NCBI GenBank assembly: GCA_001662655.1
Contig: KV460230.1
Length of the DNA stretch: 64,000 nucleotides
Reading direction: 5' to 3' (one strand)
Origin: Pseudogymnoascus verrucosus
Lineage: Eukaryota
In this document: piece by piece, positions 48,236 to 60,514 of the stretch
How the letters are laid out: every line of letters begins with the position of its first letter
How positions within the stretch are numbered: position 1 is the first letter of the stretch
Position numbers and translations under genes: made by a program
The notes under the pieces: model-generated
What the model saw: only the letters and a program-made list of their open reading frames with translations
What the model was told of the DNA's origin: nothing
Database searches by the model: none

Positions 48236-50150
48236 TGTTGTCGGTGCGTGCGTGCTGTTGTTGTCGCTGGAGCTATCGTCACCGCATCGTATTCTCGTTG
48301 CTTTGCCGCCGAGAGTATGCGGGTTAGGATGGCTGGCAAAAGTTCTCGCTGTCGATACATTTATCACCGCTGTGTTTGTACTGTCGGTGGTGTGCTGTCG
48401 CCGCCGGCTGTGCTGTTGCAACAAGGAAAAGGGGAGGAGGTGGGGGGGCGGTGTAGAGTGCGAGAAGGGAGTGTAGAAATGCATATCCTTAATTATTTAC
48501 GTAATACTTCACGGTTCGTGTGCTTCCTAAGAGCCTTCGTCGTCCGATTTTGAATAGTGGCGCCGGTGGTTTTAAGTAGGCGAACGGGATGAAGTAGGAA
48601 GGTGAGTTTTTCGGGGTTTGGCATTTTGAGTGTGCTTTGGAGGAGAGGGGTTATTGAGTTGAGAGGGGTGGGGGTGAGAGATGGCCGGGAAAGAATGGGG
48701 TATAGGGGGATGGTGGAGTATATCTTTAGTTTCTCAGCTCGTTTTTAACATCCCTCTGCCTCACTCCATACATACAAGCAATGATACCCATCCCTCTGTT
48801 CCTATCCCCATCCCCTCCTGCCTTTAGCTTCTATGTAAACCCTCATGTAAGCCCTCCAACTTCCACACATCGAACCCCTTTCGAAGATAGACACACAAAA
48901 ACCGAATAAACTGTCCACAACCCCAAAAGACTATGAATAACACCAACAGATTTGCAGCAAGACCAGAAAACGGCGTGCATTACATGAGTTCTGAGATGTA
49001 CTAGTGTGTGAATTACACATATGATTTGAGGCATTTTCGACGGCTCGCGGGATATCACTTGTGTATGTATTCCAAGGAGGGAACTGCTGCTGCTGTCGCC
49101 AACGGTCTCGTCGCCGCCAGTATCTTGTCGCCATTAAAGTCCTGTCAACTCGCACCCCACCGCTGCTGGTGTAAAACAGCCGCGAGATCACAGATATAGC
49201 GCGTACGGCGACGAGGGAGGTACAGGTCGCTGTGTAGAACAGTTACAGAACACAAAGCGAAGTTCCATGAACTGCAATGAGAATGTATGTGAATTACACA
49301 TGTGAATAATTGAGGCAGTTTCGAGGGCTCTCGAGGATATAACTTGTGTGCGGCTTGTTGAGAGGGGGGGGTGGGGGGGGCGCGCCGAGGTTGTATGATA
49401 GTGTAAGATCTCAGGGGGTATAGCTTGGTAATATTTTTACACTATCACTCACAAGGTCTCAAGTGATAAAACAAAGGTTCGTGGCATTCTACGACAGCGG
49501 AGACTCCACGTCACAAGTGAAACTTCTCAAGTTCTCGCCTTGGTTCGGGCCCACTGCTGCTGCTGCTACGCCGTCATGCTTTCTCCTTGATTGGGGGCCA
49601 CTGCTGCTATCGTTACGTCGTCTCGTCACTGCTGGTATCTTGTTACCGTTTGAGTCTTGCTACCTCGCACCCACCACCTCTGGGTAGTGGACGGCGCGAG
49701 AGCACGAGGCGGCAGTGGAAGGGCGAGGAGGGAGGCGTAGTGGATATCAAGGTGGTAAAGGAGGGGGCCACAGCCAGCCTACGCAGGTCGCATTGTCCTT
49801 GTTTAGTTGGGAGTAAACGGTTGGTGGTTGGGAGGCCGGGGAGTTATATAGACGTAGGGGATACGTAAAAAAGGGGTGTGGGAAGGCAGCATCCTCACAT
49901 GGGCAGTCTTCAATATTCTTTGTCAGACTCGGTCTATACGCTGCCATCTATTCTAAAGCCCAAAAGGGGGGTAACCAATGCGATCTATATCTGCTCGCAA
50001 AACCTGGATGGATGTGTCGTTCATCCACCCGTAACGCCTGAACCCATCTATAACGCCATGTAACGGTCTATGCAACCCGAAATGCCGCCGTCTCTCCGCA
50101 AGCATCGTATCTTCAACCAACCTCTATCCCCAACCTGTGCCACCTCCATC

Positions 50151-51083
50151 TCAAGCCGCCGACTTCCCCCCCGTCTCCTTCCCATCCCCCACTTCCAACA
50201 ACCTCATCTCCTCCTTCTCCTCATCCTCCCACTCCACCCCCTCCACCTTTCTATTCAAAAAACTCAAATACGCCTGCCACCCAATCGCCACCACGCCCCC
50301 AAAAATATTCCTAAAATCTGGGGGCAAGAACGTAAAGCTGAATGCCGTAACAATGGGCCACAGTTTACAGCTATTAATGAAGCTGGTCGGCACAGTCCGC
50401 TTGACGTGCTCGAAGGCGTGTTCGAGGCTGGAGAGGGAGGGGGGGTGCGAGAGGAGGGATTGCATGCCGAAGAAGTAGGTGTTGAAGATGGGGGTGAAGG
50501 CGAGCTGGTTGACGACGACTTTGGTGAGGAGGGAGAGGATGGGGGAGGCGTAGTTGAAGGAGTTGCCGAGGTAGACGAACCTATAACATCATCTTTGTTA
50601 GCCCAGTCCAGTACAGATCCTCAGCATCCACTCCCCATCCCATCCCCTCGGAGAAGCTCAAACTCACCAAGTATAACTCGGAATCGCCGCCCCCGCCCCA
50701 ATAACCAACGCCCTCCCCGTCCTCTCCACCTCATACTCCTCCCCTCTAATCCTCTGCGCACTCAAATCGCCCAGGAAATACACAATCAACGTGCTCACAA
50801 ACTGCGTCGTCCAAGGCCGCGCCCTTTGCGACCGGCTGAACAGGGAAAGCGCCGTCGTAAGCGGCCCCAAGCGCTGCCACAGCGGGAGAGGAGGTATAGA
50901 GCCCGCAATCGGGATCGTCGCGCCGGACGAGGGCGTCGTTGTGCTTCCCGATGCAGGCGTCTTCGATGCGTTCGTGTTTGAGGTTGTGGTGCGTTTTGGC
51001 GCTTGCTGGCGCCGCAGGAGGGGCGGAGGGCGGCGCAGGGGTGCTGCGGCGCGGAGGCCGGCTTTGAGGGCGAGTCCAGGCAT
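50151..51083 (-). CDS. Mpv17/PMP22 family mitochondrial membrane protein (Sym1-like); intron 50667-50581
   Basis: Arg-rich presequence; RPWTTQFVSTLIVYFLGDLSAQ, KVVVNQLAFTPIFNTYFFGMQSLL, KLWPIVTAFSF, WQAYLSFLN. Confidence 0.9.
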
Positions 51084-51633
51084 GTATAGGCGTGTTAGGA
51101 GGGGGGACGCATGGTGTGAGGTTTTGTGTGAGGGAGGGGTGAGGGGGCGGCCGGGGGAGGAGTAAAACTGAGTCTTAATTATAGTGGCAAGGCGCGATGC
51201 GGCGGCTTATCGTGCTTATCGGTAAGCCGAGGGAGATCTTGGCAGGGGATTGCGTCTTCTGCCGTTCCGCTTGCGCCCGGCGGGATCATAGGAAGGTTTG
51301 TTTATGAATAACTTTTGGATAATTGGGTGAGAATATGGATGTTGGCTAAAATGGAATGATAATAATGGATCTATCTTTATGCGCGCTTGTACTATATCTC
51401 TACAGCCAACTTTCCACAGGAGAATGCCCGTTCCTATGAACACCATCCCACAATACTCCGTCCTCGAATCTGCATCAGCACCACCACATCTTCCATCCCA
51501 CTGTATATATCCACAATGGGCCTCGTTGAGCCTCCTTCCTCTTGATGCCTTCAATGCCCATCCCTGCCTCCAGTAATCCCGTCTAAAATATCCTTCTTTT
51601 CCTTCCCTTCTCTCAGCACCCATCCATCACCCT

Positions 51634-52735
51634 CTAATCAAACGCCTTGTTCATAAACTGATGCGCCAACTCCACGCCCAAAAACGTCGCCGCATTCGCC
51701 GGCACAGCCCTGCAAATCGCCGGCGCGAAACCAGGGAAGAAAGCCTTCAGTCCACCTGCGCGGTACAGCCCCTTCACAACACCCGACACCGTAGGGTTAC
51801 CCTCCATAGTCTGCAGCCTCGACTTGACGGTATCAACTGGGAAGACAGGGATCCACATAGCCACACCAGCCGCCGCACCCGCCGTCGTAATAGCAGTCAA
51901 ACTGAGCTGCCCCGAAGGCTTACCGGTGTGGATATCCACCGGAGTAAGTGCGCGCTTAATATACTCGTACGCCGCGAAGTACGCAGCACTACCAGGCCCA
52001 TCACGCGCGAGCGTCGCAACAGAGCCACGGAACACACTGCGCACGCCGCCCTCCTTGTAGAGCTGGCGCACGACATCAACGCCGCCGCTGTACTTTGGCT
52101 TTTCGCCTGGGGCGAGGACCTTCTGGCCCTGGACCTGGAGGAGGACCTTGACGCGCTCGAAGGGCGCGGTGATGGCGGTCATGGGGATGGCGCTGAAGAA
52201 GCCGGCGGCGGAGACTTGGGCGATAGAGAGCTGGTTGTCGTGCACGGTGGAGAACTTCTTAACGAGGTTCTTGCCTACGTCGTAACCCCAGAAGGAGACG
52301 GCGACTGTGCGGCTGTTAGTATCGCGCCATTTACTTGCGTTTGCCCCGGCCGCCGTCAATTGGCTCGGGGAGTGAATGGGAGGGAGACTTACACATAGGA
52401 GTAACCCCCACCAGCGGGGCACTCACGCCGGCGTACAAGCCCTTCTTCAACCCATCCCTCGCAATACTCTTGGTCACCACATCAATAGCACCCTTATACA
52501 CACCCGCCTCAGCAGTTTGCAGCCTGACCTTCGCGAGATCAAAAGGGTGTCCAACGATAACGGCGCAAAGCCCACCGAAACCACCAGCGGCGAACGAGCG
52601 CAGCCCCGCGAATGACTTCGCAGCCACAACCTGGACGTCCTCCTTGAGCTCGGCCTTCGTCTCTGGGATGTGCGGGATAGCTATGGGGAGCTTCTGGAGA
52701 GCCTCGTTGGCTTTGGGGATGGGGTTGGACGCCAT
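51634..52735 (-). CDS. CRC1: Mitochondrial carnitine/acylcarnitine carrier (Crc1/AcuH); intron 52392-52305
   Basis: Three PX[DE]XX[KR] signatures (HPFDLAKVRLQ, APFERVKVLLQ, FPVDTVKSRLQ); GVTPM-FAVSFWGY, RDGPGSAAYF, RAVPANAATF. Confidence 0.93.
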
Positions 52736-53408
52736 TGCTTGCTATGGGATCTCTGCGCGAGAGGTGTCGGGTGAAAGGATGGAGAGAGAGAGAGAGGAGA
52801 GATAGAGATACGAGCGCGTAGAGAGTAAATGGGAGGAGGAAGATTGATGAAAGAGGGAAGGAGGGAGCAAGCACGGCGAGGAGAAGGGGAAATCGAACTT
52901 TTTCGCACGACCAAGAGCTAAATTTACTCGGTGGATGATCGAATTGCGGCGCGGCGCTCGGTGAAGCTTGTGCGAGTGGAACTCCAACCCCGTTGTGCCG
53001 AGGCAACTGGGGACGACTCGGTCCCGGGTGGCGGCCTCCGGTTCGGTGTCGTGGGGTTATCATGGGGACAGTGGTGGTGGGGCTTGATTGGTCGGTGGGG
53101 ACGCCGTCAGAGGGTACGAGGTACATTTAATCCGTTTGTCCATATTATCACGCATACCGGCTGACGACGAGCATCACGGTTTTCAGCTTTGATCACAGCC
53201 AACGAGGGATTTATTTTATTTTATATCTTTTTAACGCGCTGACAATTGTATAATCCTTCTGGTACGTAATATCGTTAAACTAAACCTCCCAAATGCCCTC
53301 AATGCCCACCCGTAACTCCGAGCGTAATGCAATAATAATGTACCAGTACAGTAGGAGGAGCTTTTCACCCTACCAGAATAAATACAAGAAAGTAGATTTT
53401 CACTCCAT

Positions 53409-55232
53409 CTAGAAGCGCGAAGTCGAGTTCGCGGGCGTGCGGGTGTTGTCGCCGCCACACCAGCACTTTGCATCTCCTTCGCGCTCAACCTGGACAACCA
53501 CATCCATCCCATGACCCAAGAGATATGTTCGCGTGCGTTCGCGAACATCGTCAAGCTGGGACCCGCGCGTCGCGATAACGTGCATAGCGCCTAGGATTGG
53601 CTCGCCCTCAACGAGATCAGGACTATCTGCCATCCAGAATCTGGGCACAGAGTAGCTAGCCACGCCTCGTAGGTCGCTAACGCCAGACAGCGTCTCGCGG
53701 AGCTTGTATTCCGTATCCGCAGGGATAGTCAATAATAGGCGCTTGGCGCAGCTGCTGACCAGAGGCAGGGAAGACAGAAAGATGAGGATGGCGATGAGGC
53801 AGGAGGCCAGGGGATCCCATCCAGGCCAGCCGAGGAAGTAGATTAACACGGTAGACACGATGACAGCGGCACTGCCCATGGTGTCTGCGAGTACATGGAG
53901 GAAGATACCACGCATGTTCTCATTGTCGTGAGAGTGACCGTGGGAGTGACCATGATCATGTGAGTGGCCGTGAGAATGGCCGTGGCTGTGCTTTGCAGGC
54001 GCGTCTGCACCTCCGGGTATCAGAGGGATGTCGGAGTCAGAATCATGGCCGTGACCCTTATGGTCGTGTTTCTCCTCGCCGTGGCTGTGGCTGTGGCCTC
54101 CATGATCATGGCCATGATGATGGTGTCCAAAGCAAGCCATCCCTACCAAGTTAACAGCGAGGCCCATAGAGCTCACGATGAAAAGCTCCATCAATCGCTT
54201 CGTCTCGTGTCCCTCCGCCAGGCGCTCAATCGCCTCAATTATAATCTCAACACTAATAAGCCTATGCAGAAGTTAGTGTAGTTCAAGAGCCTCGTTTATA
54301 TTCCAACATACATGAGAAATACGCCATTGCCGAACCCAGACAAGCTCTCAATCTTCCCAAACCCGTAAGGGAAGCGCTGGCTTGCTGGCCATTTACTCGA
54401 GACGGCAGCGAATAAGCCAAGGGCTAATGCGATGCAGTCGAAGAGCATATGAATGCTGTCGCTGAGCAGTCCCAAAGAATCTGTTACGAATCCGTAGAAG
54501 GCCTGAACCAACATAAATGCAAAGTTTAGACTGTAGGTATATTAGTAAACGCCGGCTATATCATGCATACGAGTGATCCTACTTCATAAAGTAGAAAATA
54601 CGCCGCGAGTCTTTCTCGAGGAGTATAGACTGCAGGAGCGGGAAATTCAGCGTACGCTTCAGCATAAACGTTGTGAATTTCGATCGCGGCTCTGCTGCCT
54701 TCGGGTTGTGCCCTTGACAGACGTGGTCATCATGGGAATGGTCGCCATGGGAGTGAGAATGCCCGTGGGAATGCGAGTGGGAATGAGAATGCCCGTGGTG
54801 GGCATGGCCATTATGTGGGTGGTCCTCAACAGGCTGGTTGAAGTCGACGCCAGTAAACTCCGAGTATAGAGGCGTTGTAGGCTGGTTCTTTGGATATGGG
54901 GTATCATCGCCCCCGTTTCCTAGAGGATTCTCATCCCCAGACAACGCCGGTGATTGTTCGCGCACTGGAGATACCGTATGGCGATCAAGGTCCAGGTTGG
55001 CAAGATGGTTGGGAATGTGCGCCGACTGCGTGCGCGAGTGCATATTCCCGGTCAATGGTGTCCCTCCTGTGTATGCCGGCCTAGATCCTGCTGGAGCTAA
55101 CTTGCTAGGCGACGAGGAGCGGTTGTATGATTGCGAATGGCTGTGGGTGTGGCCGCCATGGGAGTGCTGGCGATAGTGGGTGTGAGGGGTGTGAGGTAGC
55201 GGAGAAACGGGCAGTGCGTATGTCGAAGCCAT
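53409..55232 (-). CDS. Cation diffusion facilitator Zn transporter (Msc2/Cis4/ZnT7-like); introns 54582-54531, 54311-54262
   Basis: KDSRRIFYFM, LGLLSDSIHMLFD, FPYGFGKIESLSGF, His-rich loops, NENMRGIFLHVLADTMGS. Confidence 0.93.
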
Positions 55233-55956
55233 AGAAGCCGTCCAAGGGGCGTCGCGTGAAGTGACGCACAGTGATCAAGGCGTTGTTGTTGCTGTTATTG
55301 GAGAGGTTGTTGTTGATGTCGTCGTTGCAAGCGTCACCCGCCTGGTCTTGGCCGTCTGAACTCGGCTTGACCGCAACGGCTTTTCGAGAAGCCCCTTGAA
55401 GTATTCGACTCGATTCTATTTCGAATATTTGTCGCGGGGACGATAAAGACGGTGTGGATAGTACGATGTAGAAGCCAGGTCAAGAAAAAGAATCCTGAAG
55501 AATGCGGCGGTAAGCTGCTCTCTGGTCTGAAGGTTCCAAGTCAACCCAAGAGGGACAGTTTGTTATTGCTCCATGGGGGATATGGGGTCGTGGTGAACCC
55601 CTGTTCCAATTTACGATGAAAGTCCGCCGAAGGGATAGTGCAGAATGGAAGCTGATTGGCCAACGCTATCTCTGACTTCATTACCTGCAGGGGTTAGTAG
55701 GGTCGCCATCCAACCAGATCGCGCTTTGGCCTGATAACCTGAGGACAATTCGAGGGGGAAGGCGGTGGGTTGCGGCAGAATGTGCCGTACCACTTTGGAT
55801 CTCAGCCTCGCTGGCCATATCACATTCCACTTGGGAGGCACAGAGACAGTTTCACGGTCGAGCCCATTGGTCTTCTAACATTCCATGCATACGGAATTGT
55901 ATATCACAATCTATTCCCGGGCTGAAGACATGAATTGTCGCTGAAACACCACCTCC

Positions 55957-57447
55957 ATGCTCCAACTACTCCTGACCATTGTCCTGGTGGCATCGTCAGC
56001 ATTGACAACACTCCTACTATGTTTACCCACACAGTACAGACGTGGTTCACCTCGGAAAGCGACTGATAAGCCTGCCGATGCATCGAAGCCCGAACCCGAG
56101 ATCTCCGTCCAAGTGCTGGTTCTCGGAGATATTGGGAGAAGCCCTCGGATGCAATACCATGCCATCAGCATTGCGAAACATGGCGGGCGGGTCGATGTCA
56201 TTGGATACCAAGGTATGTTTCATCCCAACTCTCCCAGGTTACACTTTTAACATTCTATAGAATCTGCTCTACATCCCGGCCTTGTCGACAACCCTCTTAT
56301 CACAATCGTCCCGCTTGCGCCTCCTCCATCTATACTATCCTCACTCCAAAAAAGCGGCGTGCCATTCATCATAATCGGGCCTCTGAAAGTACTATGGCAG
56401 ATCTGGACACTCTTCCACGTACTAGGCTACAAGGCAAAGCCTTCACGATGGCTTCTCGTCCAAAACCCGCCATCCATCCCAACACTTGCCATCTCCCTCG
56501 TCATCTGCTTCCTCCGGAACACCCACCTCATAATCGACTGGCACAACTACGGCTGGACCATCCTCTCCGGCACACGCGGTCCCTCACATCCCCTCGTCAA
56601 GATCTCAAAGCGCTACGAGGAGATTCTCGGCCGCTATGCTTCGACTGCGAATTTCACAGTCACTGATGCCATGGCACGCCAGCTCAGAAACACACCATAC
56701 AGCATCAGATCACAAATCTTTACACTTCACGACAGACCCGCAGAGGTCTTCCAACCCATAACCGACACCAAAGAGCGGCAGACCTTCCTATCAAACCTCC
56801 CCGACACAGCACTAGAAGCTCAAAACATCATCGCCGGAAAGACCAAGCTCCTAGTGAGCAGCACCTCTTGGACCCCCGACGAGGACTTCTCCCTCCTCCT
56901 CTCAGCCCTTGAAGCATATTCCGCCCGCCGCTCCCAGACCGGATCATTAACCCCCATCCTCGCGATCATCACCGGGAAGGGTCCCCAGAAAGAGCTCTAC
57001 CTCCGCCGCATCGAGAAGCTGAAAGCGGACGGCAAACTCGAGGGGGTGACTATTCTTAGCGCCTGGCTCACGACGGGTGATTATGCGAAATTACTCGCCT
57101 GTGCGGATCTAGGCGTCTGCCTACACATGTCTAGTAGTGGCGTTGACCTGCCGATGAAGGTGGTGGATATGTTCGGTGCCGGGCTGCCAGTAGTGGGGTA
57201 TAGTGGGTATGAGAGTTGGAGCGAGCTGGTGAGGGAGGGGGAGAATGGGAGGGGTTTTGAGACGAGTGAGCGGTTGGGGGAGTTGTTGGTGGAGTTGCTT
57301 GGGAAGGGTGGAGAGAAGGATTTAGCGACCTTGAGAGAGGGTGCTAGGTGGGAGGGGGGCAGGAGGTGGGATGATGAGTGGGATAAGACGGCAGCGAAGG
57401 TGTTGGGGTTAATTAACTCTGGTGATGGGAAGCCGGGGTGTTGTTAG
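55957..57447 (+). CDS. ALG1: Chitobiosyldiphosphodolichol beta-mannosyltransferase Alg1; intron 56213-56260
   Basis: [61 protein letters not shown]. Confidence 0.97.
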
Positions 57448-57663
57448 AATCAAAAGTAGAACTGAAGACAGTTTAAAGTCGTACGATTCCAGTGGCAGGC
57501 GCGAACCACACATTCATTAAACTGCCACACTGAACGGACGAACCAGTTTTAAGAATGAAATGGGATATCATAATAACTGCTGTGCCTTAAAAGCATCGCT
57601 ATGCATACTTGTATATACGCGTTTTTCCACCCCTCCCCCCAAAAAACTCCCTCCCCCACCCCT

Positions 57664-58261
57664 CTACTCCTCCCCTAAGCTCTCCCTCACACACTGCCTC
57701 GTCCTCCTCCTAAACTCCCTCCCCCCACTCTTCTGCTCCTCCCTCCACAACACCGCCGCCTCCACATTCGCCGGACTCTCATCATTCGGCGAGTGCAACA
57801 GCGAGATCACAGAAATCAAAATCGTCTCCGGAGACTGCACCGGCGACCACCGCTCCGACGCGCTCTCGTACCCGTATTTGTCGTCCTCGGGGGGGTGGAG
57901 GATAGAGATGCAGACGGCGCCCGAGGGGTACACGTTCGGGTGGAAGGGGACGGGCGTGAGGAAGGTCATCGTTGGTGGCATGAGGGGGTAGGATTGTGGG
58001 AATGAGAGGTTGGCGCGGAAGTTGGCGCCTGGGGAGGGGAGGGGGTCGTTAGCTTGTGGCACCGAGGGGTGGGCTAGGGGGTGTCTTACCGCCGTAGTAC
58101 TTGCAGTCATCCGAGATCATGAGCATAACCTCCCACTCGAAGACGTTGGTGTCGCTGACGAGCCCGCACGAGATGCCAGGAAGGTTCTTGTCGCTTTGCA
58201 TTTCCTTCAGCTGGCGGGCGAGCAGGCCTGCGGCTCCTGATCTGGGTGGTGGTGGAGCCAT
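57664..58261 (-). CDS. Ubiquitin-conjugating enzyme of the Ubc7/Ubc15/UBE2G class; intron 58089-58029
   Basis: FHPNVYPSGAVCISILHPPEDDKYGYESASERWSPVQ (catalytic Cys plus acidic loop), PNDESPANVEAA. Confidence 0.93.
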
Positions 58262-58902
58262 TGTGGGCTGAGAAGCTGGGGAGGTGGTGTATGAGTCGAG
58301 GGTCGTGTGCTATGGTGGGGGTTTTGTGGGAGCTTGGGGGGGAAGGGGTTGGAAGCTTACATTTGGGTGGCTCTTGGGGCCGGAAACTCGCGGGAGTTGG
58401 CAGTGAGGGTTTGTTTTGGAGAATGGAGGTTTGAGTGGCGTAGGGTGTAGCTGGGGAGGCTGGATGGGAGTGTTGATGCGAAGATGTAATGGTGCATTTG
58501 GCGGGGTCGAAGTTGCTTGGTTGGTTGCGACCGGCTGGTCCGGGCGCTACTGCGTCGGGTAGATGATCTGATAAGATAGTGAGGTTATAAATGTGGGCTT
58601 GGCGGATCTGGACTTATCATACTCTATCTGAACTTCAGGTGTTCCGTCTTGTTTGCTGCTGTTAATGTTATGTTGGGCACGGTATAGTAGTTATGGCATG
58701 GCCATACTTTTATCATGTATCTCGATGGTTCCTGCCATGTGACTCTGTGTCTAATTGTGTGCTTTGCTTTGACTCTTGAATCCGCTTTTAACTATGCTGT
58801 TCGCGTTCACCCCGATCTTTGAGCAAAGTTGCTCATCACGAGACCAGCATACGGCTACTGTTGTCAAAAACAATTTAAGAAATTTTATACCATTCACAGA
58901 AA

Positions 58903-59880
58903 ATGTCTAAAGACGACTCCAAAGAAGCAGTTGATCAGGAGGCAGTAAACCAGGAGCCAGTCAACCAGGAGCCAGTCAACGAGGAGTCCGTCAACCAAGA
59001 GCCAGTCAACCAGGAATCAGACGACCAAGAGACCCTCTACGAAGAGACCCCCTCCGAAGAGACCCTCTATGAGGAGACCCTTGACCAAGAATCCCTCTAC
59101 GAAGAGACCCTTTACCACCAGACCCTGGACCCAGAAACCCTCTCCATCCTCGCCCAAGACGCCGCCACCGAAAGAGCCGTCGAAGAAGCCAGCGCCCTCA
59201 CCATCAACAACCCCTCCGTCTTCCCCGTCTACATCGAATACCTCTGCCGCGGCACCGTCAACGCCGTCACCCTCTTCCACAGCGACGATTCCAACCGCCG
59301 CACCACAGCCGGAATCTTCAACGCCATCGTCTTCGCTGCCGAGCATGGCTTGTCCGAGTTCCAGGATCGACTGATGACGGCGCAGATACTGACTGATGAG
59401 CCGCTGTCGATCCCGATTTGGGCGGAGAGTTATAGGAAGGTTGAGAGGGGGAATGTGTTTAGGGATTATGTGGCGCAGGTTATTGCTTATGAGCTTGGTG
59501 TCTTCTGGGGACCTGCGAGGGAGGTTGGTAGGGAGGAGGTGGCTGATATGCTTGCTGGATATACGCAGCTCAATGGGTATACGCCACTCGGTGGAGACAT
59601 TAAACCCAATGGACTTCCGCACGTCAACGGAGATGCTCAGCCTAATGGATTCACGCATGTCAACGGAGACACGCAGCCCAATGGACACACACACACCAAT
59701 GGAGTCGCCCACCTCACCCGCCACACGGAACTGCTTGACGACGTCCTCGACTACATGAAGCCAATCCCCGGCTCCACGCCGACTCATCCAAACATAGCAC
59801 CAGTGTGTTTCTACCACCTGCATGCATCCGGCGCTGACTGCCCCGATATGTCGTATCCCATGTCATCGTGGATTATGTGA
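58903..59880 (+). CDS. Hypothetical protein with acidic 5-aa repeats and a partial BTB/POZ-like region
   Basis: 325-aa ORF with good ATG context; (EPVNQ)n and (ETLYE)n repeats; NPSVFPVYIEYLCRG and LSEFQDRLM resemble the C-terminal half of fungal BTB domains; C-terminal CFYHLH..DCP. Confidence 0.7.
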   Translation: MSKDDSKEAVDQEAVNQEPVNQEPVNEESVNQEPVNQESDDQETLYEETPSEETLYEETLDQESLYEETLYHQTLDPETLSILAQDAATERAVEEASALTINNPSVFPVYIEYLCRGTVNAVTLFHSDDSNRRTTAGIFNAIVFAAEHGLSEFQDRLMTAQILTDEPLSIPIWAESYRKVERGNVFRDYVAQVIAYELGVFWGPAREVGREEVADMLAGYTQLNGYTPLGGDIKPNGLPHVNGDAQPNGFTHVNGDTQPNGHTHTNGVAHLTRHTELLDDVLDYMKPIPGSTPTHPNIAPVCFYHLHASGADCPDMSYPMSSWIM

Positions 59881-60514
59881 TCTTTCGACGCACCCGGTGT
59901 GCTGCCTAGCGCACAAGATTTGACATTTTCTTGCTATTCTTTCCGAGCAGTGAGCGTTTCCAATTGGGAATTTGTATAATAGGGCGGAATGATTTGACAG
60001 AAGACGGGGGGACAATGAGGAGGGGAAGGACATCTGAAATTCACGCAAGGGTTGGATTCAATTCACGCTTGAGAATACAGCATTTTCGGCAAGAATACGG
60101 GGGAACTTCATGTGGTAATCGACAGACACTGAGTTAGTTCAAGAAGAGACCTCACACAGTAGCAGACAATACTTGAGAACACATCAGACAGGAGCGTCAT
60201 ACTTCAGAGAGGGAAACTGCTGGCATTGCAAAGGCTATAACATAAGCGTTGTATTAGAAGTACACGAGTAAATGAAAACTATCAATGATCCTTCCTCTTC
60301 GTGTTGACCTTACTTAACGAACTAGCGTTATTCCATCCATCCTCCCGAAACCGCAAAAAAAAACCAGTTCACAGACCTGTGATCCTACACAATCTTTCCC
60401 TAAACCAACCCACAAATGAACCGCCGCTCAGCGTATGAGTCGTAGTCAGTCTAGTAGTAGTGCCTATAACAGGCGAAAACCATTCCTTCTTCAATCTCTG
60501 ATAATCAATCCCAC

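Noticed and set aside
47639..48553. Long ORFs with poly-Lys/Phe/Pro/Gly tracts
   Set aside because: Produced by homopolymer runs inside YOS1 intron 2.
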